The translations under genes and the position numbers were made by a program. The notes below the pieces were generated by a model that saw only the letters and a program-made list of their open reading frames with translations, did no database searches and was not told the origin of the DNA. A stretch of DNA of 64,000 nt from an uncultured candidate division Zixibacteria bacterium (GTDB taxonomy: Bacteria; Zixibacteria; MSB-5A5; UBA10806): assembly GCA_963801605.1 (NCBI GenBank), contig CAWDFP010000006.1, positions 96,001 to 160,000 on the forward strand, in the 5' to 3' direction. Below, piece after piece: positions 42,786-52,198 of this stretch. Positions within the stretch are counted from its first letter, which is position 1. Each line of letters begins with the position of its first letter.

Positions 42786-43120
42786 GCATGGCATTTGAGG
42801 ACGCATGCCACGCACTCGAAACATAATAATGTTAATTTATTTGAGTCGTCTTAAATTCCTATCGATTTCCGCAAGGCCGTTTTCGCCCAGAATCCAGTCT
42901 TTTGAGCTGGAGTATTTTCAATATTGAAATGTTTTGCGTAAATGATGTTTCATCCAATTGAATTGCCGCCAAGCAGCTGCTTGATCAATGGAAAATACCG
43001 GAAGGCAATTAAGGCAAGCGGTGGTAATGAAGGCGTGGCCGGGGCCATAAAGATCATTGGTTCTTGTGACATAATATTATAGTGACTCGTGTGCATGACA
43101 TATGTCCCCATGCGCCATGC
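42786..43120. repeat. Inverted pair of REP-like palindromes (family 1) flanking a transposase remnant
   Basis: GCATGGCATTTGAGGACGCATGCCACGCAC (42786-42815) and an inverted copy at 43091-43120; other copies at 47873-47902, 50148-50178 and 57442-57471. Confidence 0.7.
42837..43049 (-). pseudogene. Internally deleted REP-associated tyrosine transposase (RAYT/IS200-like) remnant
   Basis: Translates YGPGHAFITTACLNCLPVF...*KYSSSKDWILGENGLAEID, resembling RAYT N- and C-termini; the HUH core is absent and there is an internal stop. Confidence 0.5.
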
Positions 43121-43228
43121 AATTTAAAAAGAAAGAAACAAAATTAATCACGAAAATTCCAAAAATATCGGCACCCTGAAAAGTCAAAGACCGCAGGGTC
43201 TAGACCTACTAATCTTGGCATGGTGATC

Positions 43229-43256
43229 GGTGCAGGGTACGGAGACCCTGCACCAC
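43229..43256 (+). repeat. REP-like palindrome family 2 (GGTGCAGGGTACGGAGACCCTGCACCAC)
   Basis: Near-identical copy at 49238-49265; variants at 50316-50343, 57258-57285 (inverted), 57291-57318, 61326-61352, 34474-34521 and 51936-51963. Confidence 0.8.
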
Positions 43257-43311
43257 AGGGAACAAGAGCGGACAGCCGAGGGCATTTGCCGCCCATATCT
43301 TCAAAAAAATC

Positions 43312-43338
43312 GGTAACTGAGGGGGCATCTTTTTCGTA
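43312..43338 (+). promoter_or_regulatory. ECF-sigma type promoter upstream of the ABC exporter operon
   Basis: GGTAAC-N17-CGTA, the same spacing as the element upstream of the ECF sigma gene. Confidence 0.55.
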
Positions 43339-43383
43339 TGATTAAAGTGTGTCGGAACTCTATTTGCCTAAGGAGCCTACCTG

Positions 43384-44466
43384 ATGAAAAAATTTATCAT
43401 AATCGGAATTATCGTAATCGTGGCCGGAGCCGGGGCCTACTGGGCGTTTGGCTCATCTAAAGATAAGAAAAACGGCGTTAAGTTAGTCGAGGTCACCCGC
43501 GGAACCATTGTCGATAAGGCCCTGGCTATCGGACGGCTGGAGCCGCGGCAAGAGGTGCAGGTCAAATCGAAAATCTCCGGTATCGTGACCAAGCTTCATG
43601 CCGATGTCGGCGATGTAGTCAAGGCCGGAGCGCCACTTATTACAATAGCCCCGAATCCCACGCCGTTAGAATTCTCCGAGGCCAAGCGTTCGCTCGAAAT
43701 GGCGATGGTCGATACCGACAACGCTCAGACCATTTTCCAGCGAACCAAAGAAATGTACGACAAGAAGCTCATCAGCCAGGCCGATTACGACCGCAGTAAA
43801 ATCGAACTCTCGCAATCGCAGCTTCGGTTACGCATGGCGCAGGAAAAACTCGATCTGCTCCAAAAGGGTGTAACATCCGACGGCGAGAACCAGAATACAA
43901 TCCTCTCCCCTATCGATGGCACAATCCTCGAAAAGCTGGTGAACGAAGGCGATCCGGTGGTGCCGCTGACATCCTACCAGGCCGGCACACCGCTGATGAC
44001 AATGGCTCCGATGGAGAATTTAGTATTCAAAGGTACAGTTGATGAAATCGATGTCGGCAAGCTTTCCGAGGGGATGCCGGTTGATCTTAAAATAGGAGCG
44101 TTGCCAAACGAGAAGCTGGCGGGAAGGCTTTCAAAGATTTCCCCCAAAGCCAAAAAACAGGATAATACCACGCTGTTCGATTTAGAGGTTGAGATTGCAG
44201 ATTCGACCAAGAAGGATCTTCGCGCCGGATACTCCGCCAATGCCGAGGTAATCATCAGCAAAAAGGATAGTGTCCTGATGGTTCCGGAGCGGCTGGTGAC
44301 ATTTATGGGAGACAGCGCCAAAGTCGAGGTGCAGGATTCGTCCAGCGGTAAAGCAAGTTTCAAGAATATCAAGGTGGGGCTTTCGGACGGATTGAATATT
44401 GAAGTCGTCGACGGGCTTTCCAAAGGAGATAAGATCGTCGAGCGGCCGCCCAAGGAGATCGAATAG
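43384..44466 (+). CDS. Periplasmic adaptor subunit (MacA/YknX-like)
   Basis: N-terminal TM, VKSKISGIV lipoyl half, alpha-hairpin, SPIDGTI, VDEIDVGKL. Confidence 0.92.
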   Translation: MKKFIIIGIIVIVAGAGAYWAFGSSKDKKNGVKLVEVTRGTIVDKALAIGRLEPRQEVQVKSKISGIVTKLHADVGDVVKAGAPLITIAPNPTPLEFSEAKRSLEMAMVDTDNAQTIFQRTKEMYDKKLISQADYDRSKIELSQSQLRLRMAQEKLDLLQKGVTSDGENQNTILSPIDGTILEKLVNEGDPVVPLTSYQAGTPLMTMAPMENLVFKGTVDEIDVGKLSEGMPVDLKIGALPNEKLAGRLSKISPKAKKQDNTTLFDLEVEIADSTKKDLRAGYSANAEVIISKKDSVLMVPERLVTFMGDSAKVEVQDSSSGKASFKNIKVGLSDGLNIEVVDGLSKGDKIVERPPKEIE

Positions 44467-45699
44467 TTGAAAGCTCTAATCATATTAAAGCAGTTTATGC
44501 ATGATATCAAGAAGCAGAAACTGCGAACTTTTCTAACCACGTTCGGAATTATCTGGGGGACGGCGGCTACTGTTATTCTGGTGGCATTTGGTGAAGGGAT
44601 GTACCGCTATCAAAACAAACAGTTTCTCGGGCTGGGCGAAAAACTGGTGATCATGTGGGGCGGACGAACATCGATACCTTTCAAGGGCCTGCCCAAAAAC
44701 CGTTATATCCGATTCACAGATGACGATATCGCTCTCCTGAAAAAGGAGATTCCCGAAATTACGGCAGCGTCACCGGAATACAGCGGTCAGGCCAAAATGA
44801 CCTATCACAAGAAAACAATTTCGCAGAATGTAATTGGAGTTAAGCCGGAATGGGGCCTGGCGCGGAATATGATTCCGGAGGCCGGAGGCAGGTTTTTGGA
44901 CGAGATCGATCTTCAATATCGTAAAAGGGTTGTGTTCTTAGGCAACGATATCAGAAATGATCTGTTCGGAGAGGGCGTTAATCCGGTTGGGCAGTACGTA
45001 ACTATGAACGGGGCACCCTTTGTAGTGATAGGAGTGCTCAAAGAAAAATCGCAGAACTCGTCATACCGCGGGCGCGATGGCCGCAAAGTGTATATACCAT
45101 CGGATACGTTCAAAGCTATCTGGGGGCATACTCATCCGGAGAATCTGATATTTCAGATTTCCAATCCGGCGCATTCCAAAGCCGTTGAAAAGGAAGTCTT
45201 CAAGGTTTTAGGGCGGAAATATAGTTTCGATCCCAACGACGAGCAGGCTCTCTGGGTCTGGAACACGATGGAGAGCCTTAAGGAATGGATTCCCTTTTTC
45301 CAGGGGTTGAAGATTTTCCTGGGAATAATCGGAGTATTCACGCTTATGGTTGGCGGAATCGGAACCGCTAATATCATGTATGTGGTGGTAAAGGAGCGGA
45401 CCCGCGAGATCGGAGTCAAGATGGCGCTGGGAGCGACCCGCATCCATATCATGACGCAGATAATTGTAGAGTCGCTTCTGATCACAACTATCGGTGGAAT
45501 TTTAGGATTTATAATCGCCAAACTATTCGAGGCCGGATTTCCTCTACTCAAGCTTGGGGAATATGTGGGCGATCCGATTATAGCATCCAACTCCGTTTTT
45601 ATTTCCGCGGGTATAATTGGGACTATCGGTCTGATTGCGGGATTTTTCCCGGCCCGTCGGGCGGCGCACCTTAATCCCGTTGAGGCTTTGAGGATGTAA
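44467..45699 (+). CDS. ABC transporter permease (MacB/FtsX family)
   Basis: LRTFLTTFGIIWG, VGGIGTANIMYVVVKERTREIGVKMALGA, PARRAAHLNPVEALR. Confidence 0.93.
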   Translation: MKALIILKQFMHDIKKQKLRTFLTTFGIIWGTAATVILVAFGEGMYRYQNKQFLGLGEKLVIMWGGRTSIPFKGLPKNRYIRFTDDDIALLKKEIPEITAASPEYSGQAKMTYHKKTISQNVIGVKPEWGLARNMIPEAGGRFLDEIDLQYRKRVVFLGNDIRNDLFGEGVNPVGQYVTMNGAPFVVIGVLKEKSQNSSYRGRDGRKVYIPSDTFKAIWGHTHPENLIFQISNPAHSKAVEKEVFKVLGRKYSFDPNDEQALWVWNTMESLKEWIPFFQGLKIFLGIIGVFTLMVGGIGTANIMYVVVKERTREIGVKMALGATRIHIMTQIIVESLLITTIGGILGFIIAKLFEAGFPLLKLGEYVGDPIIASNSVFISAGIIGTIGLIAGFFPARRAAHLNPVEALRM

Positions 45700-45762
45700 G
45701 GGATGTTAAAAGTGTATTTTAGAGTCGGATACAATATTTATCAATGAGGATTGAGATCTAGT

Positions 45763-45790
45763 GCAGGGGCGTATAGCAATACGCCCCTAC
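45763..45790. repeat. REP-like palindrome family 3
   Basis: GCAGGGGCGTATAGCAATACGCCCCTAC; perfect palindromic copy GTAGGGGCGTATTGCAATACGCCCCTAC at 59169-59196. Confidence 0.8.
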
Positions 45791-45835
45791 ATAAAAAAAG
45801 TAATAATATTAACTGGAATCTAACCACGATATAAG

Positions 45836-47095
45836 ATGAAATTATTCATTTACAAAATCCTGCTTTTCCTCAAAGTTATGTTTCGGGAGTTCAAGGCCCA
45901 GAAGCTTCGAATGGCATTGACCATTCTTGGCATTACCTGGGGCACAATTGCAATTACACTTTTGATGGCGTTCAGCGTGGGAATAGAGCGTCAGATGACC
46001 AAAGCCAATGCCGGTATGGGACAGGGAATCATTGTCATGTGGCCGGGGCAAACCACAATTCCGTTCCAGGGACTTCCCCAGGGACGGGTGCTTCATTTTG
46101 TACCGGATGATATGCCTCTCCTAAAAGAACGTGTGGCGGGAATCGATAAAATTTCCGGCGAGTATCAGCGTTGGGGATTGACTTTCGAATATGGCAAGAA
46201 ACAGGTAAATAAGCTTGTCAGCGGCGTATATCCTGATTTCAGGGATATGCGGGCGCATTTTCCGCAAATGGGCGGAAGATTTATCGACCAGGTGGATATT
46301 GACTCAAAGCGGCGGGTGATATTTCTGGGATCGAAGGTGGCTGATGAATTGTTTGGCGAAACTGATCCTGTCGGCAAGATGATAATGGTCAACGGAATTC
46401 CTTTCGATGTTATCGGCGTGATGATAAAAAAATCGCAGGATTCCAGCTATCATGGGTCGGATGAAGATTACGCCGTTATTCCGGCCACTACCTTTGTCGC
46501 GCTATACGGCGATCCGTATTACGATAACATGGTTTATTCGCTGAAGCCTAATGTTGATTCCAAGGCGGTTCGAAACGATATTCTTCGGGTTCTGGGTGGA
46601 AAATACAGGTTCGATCCCAAAGATACGCATGCGCTCTGGTTCTGGGACATGGTCGAGCAAGCCGAGACTCAGCGCAAGATATTTGTGGGGATCAATATAT
46701 TCATGTGGTTTATCGGCGGTATGACACTGGTAATTGCCGGAGTGGGAGTGGCCAATATTATGTATGTGGCCATTCGCGAGAGGACTCGCGAGATCGGCAC
46801 TAAGATGGCGCTGGGGGCCAAGCGGGGCCATCTGATGTTCCAGTTCATGACGGAAGCGATGTTTATTTCTTTAGTTGGAGGATTTCTGGGAATCGTAATC
46901 AGCATGGGGGTGGCGCGGGCTTTCTGGCTTATCCCGATGAAAGGAGCGATGGCTTTCATGGGTAAACCGCTGGTAAATATGCCTGTAGCCATTATAACGG
47001 TGATCACCCTTTCCCTGATAGGCTTTCTTTCGGGCTATTTCCCGGCTCGCAAGGCGGCCTCGATTAATCCGGTGGAGGCTCTGAGATACGAATGA
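45836..47095 (+). CDS. ABC transporter permease (MacB/FtsX family), paralog
   Basis: AGVGVANIMYVAIRERTREIGTKMALGA, PARKAASINPVEALRYE. Confidence 0.93.
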   Translation: MKLFIYKILLFLKVMFREFKAQKLRMALTILGITWGTIAITLLMAFSVGIERQMTKANAGMGQGIIVMWPGQTTIPFQGLPQGRVLHFVPDDMPLLKERVAGIDKISGEYQRWGLTFEYGKKQVNKLVSGVYPDFRDMRAHFPQMGGRFIDQVDIDSKRRVIFLGSKVADELFGETDPVGKMIMVNGIPFDVIGVMIKKSQDSSYHGSDEDYAVIPATTFVALYGDPYYDNMVYSLKPNVDSKAVRNDILRVLGGKYRFDPKDTHALWFWDMVEQAETQRKIFVGINIFMWFIGGMTLVIAGVGVANIMYVAIRERTREIGTKMALGAKRGHLMFQFMTEAMFISLVGGFLGIVISMGVARAFWLIPMKGAMAFMGKPLVNMPVAIITVITLSLIGFLSGYFPARKAASINPVEALRYE

Positions 47096-47790
47096 CATCA
47101 AACGGCACACTTATTTCAATGAAGGACATTTACAAGGTTTATAAAACCGGTAAAATTCAGTTGGAGGCCTTAAAGGGAGTCTGTCTCGATATCGCCCGCG
47201 GTGAATTTGTGGCGATTATCGGGCCGTCGGGATCGGGCAAATCAACTCTGATGAATATCATGGGATGTTTGGATATGCCGACAACGGGGAGCTATCATCT
47301 CGATGGCCAGGCGGTGGCGGAGATGAATATCAACGAGTTGGCTGCGATTCGAAATCAGAAGATCGGGTTTATCTTTCAGAATTTTAATCTCTTGCCGTAT
47401 GCCACGACTTTCGAGAATGTTGAGCTGCCGCTGATATTTGCAGGCAAACCGGGCGCTTTTAGAAGAAAGAAATCGCTGGAATGTTTGGAACGGGTGGGAT
47501 TGGTCGATTGGGCCGAGCATAAGCCGACCGAGCTATCAGGGGGACAGATGCAGCGAGTGGCGATTGCACGTTCTCTGGCCAATGATCCGGATATCATTTT
47601 AGCTGACGAACCGACCGGCAATCTCGATTCCAAATCGGGCAGCGAGATTATCGATATATTTGAGGAGCTTAATAAGGCCGGATGTTCGGTGGTAACAATC
47701 ACGCATGATATGACGATTGCGGCCAGATGCCATCGTACGGTTAAGATCATGGATGGACAGATAGAATCAGTGATGCACAACGGGAATTAG
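47092..47790 (+). CDS. ABC transporter ATP-binding protein (MacB/LolD type)
   Basis: GPSGSGKST, LSGGQMQRV, ADEPTGNLD. Confidence 0.96.
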   Translation: MTSNGTLISMKDIYKVYKTGKIQLEALKGVCLDIARGEFVAIIGPSGSGKSTLMNIMGCLDMPTTGSYHLDGQAVAEMNINELAAIRNQKIGFIFQNFNLLPYATTFENVELPLIFAGKPGAFRRKKSLECLERVGLVDWAEHKPTELSGGQMQRVAIARSLANDPDIILADEPTGNLDSKSGSEIIDIFEELNKAGCSVVTITHDMTIAARCHRTVKIMDGQIESVMHNGN

Positions 47791-47992
47791 GGGGCAATTC
47801 TTAATAACTCAAAGCGGTTGGGTCAGGTCTCGTGTCGTATTGACCGGGACCTGATCTTTTTTATTGTAAAAAGCATGGCATGTGAGGACATACGCCAGAC
47901 ACTATAATGCAATAAGGGAGCGTCGGGCCTTGGACCTGGCGCCACCAATATTTATCCTTGTTTCCGCCAATGTTACCTTATACTTTATTGCT

Positions 47993-49145
47993 ATGAACGA
48001 ACAGGACAGACCGCGAGCAGGTCTATATATTCATGTGCCGTTTTGCGGACGGAAATGCTTGTACTGCGATTTTTATTCCAAGGTCCCCAAAGCGGGTGAA
48101 ATGGAAGCTTATATCGATGCGCTGGGGGTTGAGGCCAAGCTGCGGGCAAAGGACGGTTACGATAGATTCATCTTTGACAGCGTCTTCTTAGGCGGCGGGA
48201 CACCATCGCTATTAAGTGTCAATCTGCTCAAAGGACTTTACAGGCATATCAGAGCGAATTATAAGGTTGACCCCAAAGCTGAAGTAACAATTGAGTGCAA
48301 CCCATCATCGATCCAAAATGAGCTTCTGGGAGTTTATAAGGAGCTCCGCGTCAACCGCATCTCGCTCGGTGTGCAGAGTTTCAATGACAAGCATCTCGAA
48401 AAGCTGGGACGGTTGCACGACAGCGCCGAGGCGAAAGCGTCGTTCAGGGAAATTCGTCTGGCGGGTTTCGAGAATATCAGTATCGATTTGATATATGGGC
48501 TGCCCAACCAGACGATCGAAGAGTGGCGCGCTGATCTGGCACAAACGATCAGCCTGGGGCCGACTCATATTTCGGCTTACAATCTCATAATCGAACCTGG
48601 CACGCATTTTGGCAAGCTTTACGCCCAGGGCAAGTTAGAGTTGCCATCGGAAGAGATTCAGGGCGAGATGTATGAGGCCTTAAATAACGATCTCGGCGTG
48701 GCGGGATATATGCGCTACGAGCTTTCCAATTTTGCCAGGCCCGGTTTTGAATGTCAGCATAATCTTAAATACTGGAGGCTGGAGCCGTTTCTGGGACTGG
48801 GGCCATCGGCAGTATCGTTCGATGGCGAAAAGCGCACCAGGAACGAAGCCAATCTCGATTCATATTTGAAAGCGGCATCCGACAAGAAAAATCCTCCCGC
48901 ATGAGGATGAGATGCTCGGCCCGGAGAAGCTTCGCGAAGAGGCAATCATGATGGGCCTGAGGTTGACCGAGGGGCTATCAATCTCGGAGATGCGGGAGCG
49001 ATTCGGTTATGATATCCTTCAAGATAAAGCCGATGTTATAAAATCGTTGACCCAAAATGGCTATCTGATATTAGAGACTGACCATTTGAAACTCGCCCCC
49101 AAATCGCTGTTTATATCTGATGAAGTGATTGTGAGGTTGATATAG
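47993..49145 (+). CDS. hemW: Radical SAM heme chaperone HemW (frameshift near 48900)
   Basis: LYIHVPFCGRKCLYCDF, GGGTPS, HNLKYW; the C-terminal MMGLRLTEG domain is in ORF 48912-49145. Confidence 0.88.
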
Positions 49146-49295
49146 TATCCGCAGGTCGCAGGCGACCTGCGCTACAAAGATTGTAGGTCGGGCGCCCTGG
49201 CGCCCGACTTTGTTTGACCGGGGTAAAAAGCTGCTGGGGTGCAGGGTGCGGAGACCCTGCACCACGCAAACGCAAGAACGCTCAATAAAAAATGA

Positions 49296-50011
49296 TTATG
49301 CTTCCACCTGCTTTATGTCGTCAACCTGCTCCTTGGGATCAAGCTCCAGCATGTGATGGGACTTTTCTTGCTTGGTGAGCAAATAGCGGGCATTGTATTC
49401 GTTCGGGGGGATGATAATCGGTATTCTGTCTGTAATGGTGATGCCAAGACTTACGAGCGCATTGATTTTTCTGGGATTATTGGTGATCAGTCTAATCGAT
49501 TTTATCTGTAGAGATTTTAGCATGTGCGCCGCGATGGCATAATCTCTTTCGTCATCCTTAAAGCCCAACCTGATATTGGCCTCCACAGTATCGGCGCCGG
49601 CATCCTGAAGCTGATAGGCTTTGATTTTGTTGATAAACCCGATGCCTCGTCCCTCTTGACGCAGATACAATAATACTCCCTCGTCCATCGCACCGATAAT
49701 CTTCATTGATTTTTCCAGTTGGTCCCGGCAATCGCATCTTAAGGAGCCGATGGCGTCCCCGGTCAGGCATTCAGAGTGCAGCCTGACTGCGACGTTCTCC
49801 TTGGAGGTAACATCGCCTCTGACGAAAGCGGCATGCTCTTTGCCATCCATGTTATTATAAAAGGCAACTACCTGAAAATGGCCAAATCTGCTTGGCAGAT
49901 CGCCGACAGCGACGATCTTTACGCAGATTCCTTTGATTCCCTTGCAACGAATGTATTCTCATTACATTTATAGATCAGTTCATCCGGACTTTGAGTTTTG
50001 GTATTGCGCAT
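49296..50011 (-). CDS. ribA: GTP cyclohydrolase II (probable frameshift near 49955)
   Basis: RLHSECLTGD...RCDC, RQEGRGIG, TNNPRK; the frame extends upstream through LPSRFGHF. Confidence 0.9.
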
Positions 50012-50352
50012 ACAGTTTAAACTTACCGGCATTAATGATACAAGGTCCAGTAACAAATGGGAATCAAAAGTTAGAATGTTTCCCGGCAAAACAGTGAAAA
50101 TTCAGCATTCATTAATGTAGGTGAGGTAAGTATGGGGATGGGAGTAGGCGTGACATTTGAGGACAAACTGCCATGCACACGGAATTAAAAGGGTTCGGTG
50201 ATAGGCGCAGGGTGCGTAGGACCGCTGTCACAGTCGACGACAAATTTATCTTCTCGCTATACGCCCGTCGGCAGACAACCTGCGTCTACAGAAGATAATT
50301 CATAAGAGAATCTTTGCGGTCAGGTTCGGAGACCTGACGCCACAGTAAAGGT

Positions 50353-50379
50353 TGCAACCCCCATCCCCCTTCAAGCGTC
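50353..50379 (+). promoter_or_regulatory. Autoregulatory ECF promoter
   Basis: TGCAAC-N17-CGTC, 9 nt before the sigma factor GTG. Confidence 0.6.
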
Positions 50380-50388
50380 TTATGTACG

Positions 50389-50937
50389 GTGGACAGTAAA
50401 ATAGAGCTCTTTTGGACACTTCTTGAGGCCGAACACCCTAGGGCGGAGGCTTTCTGCAGAAGGCTGGCCGGCAACCGTCCCGATGGCGACGACCTCTACC
50501 AGGATTCGCTTTTGGCGGCCATGCGGAAGTTCGCAAGGCTGCGCAGCCGAACGGCATTCAGGCCGTGGCTCTACCGGATAATAGTCAACACTTTCGTCAG
50601 CGCCCGACGCGGCCCCTGGTGGAAAAAGCGAACCGAATTGACAACCGAGATACTTGAGACGCTCTCCGGAGCCGATCCGGGAAACGAGTACGCGGCCAGA
50701 CGGTGGCTCGAAATCGCCATGAAATCGCTTAGCCCGTCAGACCGCGCCCTGGTGACCCTGTTCGATCTTGAGGGCTGGAGCGTGACGGAACTGGCCATAC
50801 TGGAGGGCAAACCGGTTGGGACGATCAAATCCCGGCTGTCCCGCGCCAGGGGCAAGATGCGCCAGACAATCGCCAGGTATCTCACAAACGAAGTTCACGT
50901 GGAGAAAGAATATGCGTTGCCACAAAGCGAAAGCTAA
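50389..50937 (+). CDS. ECF RNA polymerase sigma factor
   Basis: DDLYQD, FRPWLYRI, GTIKSRLSRAR. Confidence 0.93.
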   Translation: MDSKIELFWTLLEAEHPRAEAFCRRLAGNRPDGDDLYQDSLLAAMRKFARLRSRTAFRPWLYRIIVNTFVSARRGPWWKKRTELTTEILETLSGADPGNEYAARRWLEIAMKSLSPSDRALVTLFDLEGWSVTELAILEGKPVGTIKSRLSRARGKMRQTIARYLTNEVHVEKEYALPQSES

Positions 50938-51889
50938 AATCGAATCGTCCGATTGGACAGACCCGGAGTTGACAGCTCATCTAAAAAGCTGCCAATCCTG
51001 CGCGAAATTGGCCGCGGCGCAAAGAGTGATCGATTTAGCTCAAGAGAGTATCACAAATGAGGCGGTTCTTAAGCCAAGTGACCTGTCTGTTATCAAGGCC
51101 AATCTGGCAGCGCGTCAATCACAAAAGGAGCTATCATTTATGTCTAAAATCAGCACTGCACTTGCCGGCCATAAAAGTTGGGGATTGGGCCTGGGGTTTG
51201 TAGTATTCGCAATATTATTCCTGACTCTGGTGCCGCTGCCATATCAACGGATTAACGGATACAATGTCAGTTTCGCGGGGGTCGAGGGTGTCATTCCGCA
51301 GGCGCAGATGACCAAAGCCCTGAACGCCATTGGTTACGGCAACGTGGCCGTTAAAGTGGCTGCATCCGAAAAAGGGACGGATTATGAAGTTTCATCACTA
51401 CCGTCGCTTCAGGCTGCCAAAGAGGTGGCGGCCGCTTTGGCCGCGTTGACAGAAGCCAAGGCCAATGCGAAAATCGCTCCAAACATCGAGACGGTATCAG
51501 CCAGCCTCTACGCTCAAGCTCGCAACCGGATAATCCAGATCGAGGTCAACGGCGAGGGGAAAACCGATGAGCAAATCAAAGCTGAGATAGAATCCAAACT
51601 GGCAGCGCAAGGGTGTACAGGATCACTCGTATATCTAAAAACCGATTCGACAGGTAGGAGAGAAATAAAACTCGATATCCAGACGTCGGATAGCGCCGCC
51701 TGTCAAATGGGAACAACTATAGAAGTTGACACACGCGGCAAAACGGATGATCAGATAAAGGCGGAGGTCGAATCTAAACTGGCCGCCCAGGGACATCCCG
51801 GCGCTCAGGTCGAGGTCCGTTCTAATGGTGGTGATAGCCTGCATAATGTGGAGATTCGAATAGAAAACATTGACACCACGCAGCATTAA
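50912..51889 (+). CDS. Zinc-binding anti-sigma factor (ZAS) with TM and duplicated periplasmic domain
   Basis: MRC...HLKSCQSC; one TM; GKTD(E/D)QIKAE(I/V)ESKLAAQG occurs twice; overlaps the sigma gene. Confidence 0.8.
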   Translation: MRCHKAKAKIESSDWTDPELTAHLKSCQSCAKLAAAQRVIDLAQESITNEAVLKPSDLSVIKANLAARQSQKELSFMSKISTALAGHKSWGLGLGFVVFAILFLTLVPLPYQRINGYNVSFAGVEGVIPQAQMTKALNAIGYGNVAVKVAASEKGTDYEVSSLPSLQAAKEVAAALAALTEAKANAKIAPNIETVSASLYAQARNRIIQIEVNGEGKTDEQIKAEIESKLAAQGCTGSLVYLKTDSTGRREIKLDIQTSDSAACQMGTTIEVDTRGKTDDQIKAEVESKLAAQGHPGAQVEVRSNGGDSLHNVEIRIENIDTTQH

Positions 51890-51980
51890 TAGCATTTGAT
51901 TACTTGTTCCGTCAGGTGGCCTCACCTGACGGAACGGTGTCGGGTCAGGCGACTCAACACCACGGTTTATAACTCAAGCA

Positions 51981-52035
51981 TTAATAGGAAAACCATACCA
52001 AATAAGGGCGGCGCCGGCGAGTGCCGTTTTTTTTT
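51981..52035 (+). repeat. Conserved motif plus terminator element, copy 1
   Basis: TTAATAGGAAAACCATACCAAATAAGGGCGGCG, 31/33 identical to 53683-53715, then hairpin and T9. Confidence 0.7.
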
Positions 52036-52198
52036 ATGGAAGATCCCGTCAGGGAATAATGGAACTATATGACGAGCCTAATTTGTTGACATGGTGCACC
52101 AAATAGATACTGCCGTCTTTGTCGTTGTTTTGAAAGCCCTGATTTGTTCAAAAAAGCAATTCTCAGGGAATGAAAATTTACCTCAAACGGAGGATAAT

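Noticed and set aside
48902..48911. TGA readthrough or selenocysteine in hemW
   Set aside because: The downstream part is in a different frame, so this is an indel; TGA is used as a normal stop elsewhere in the window.
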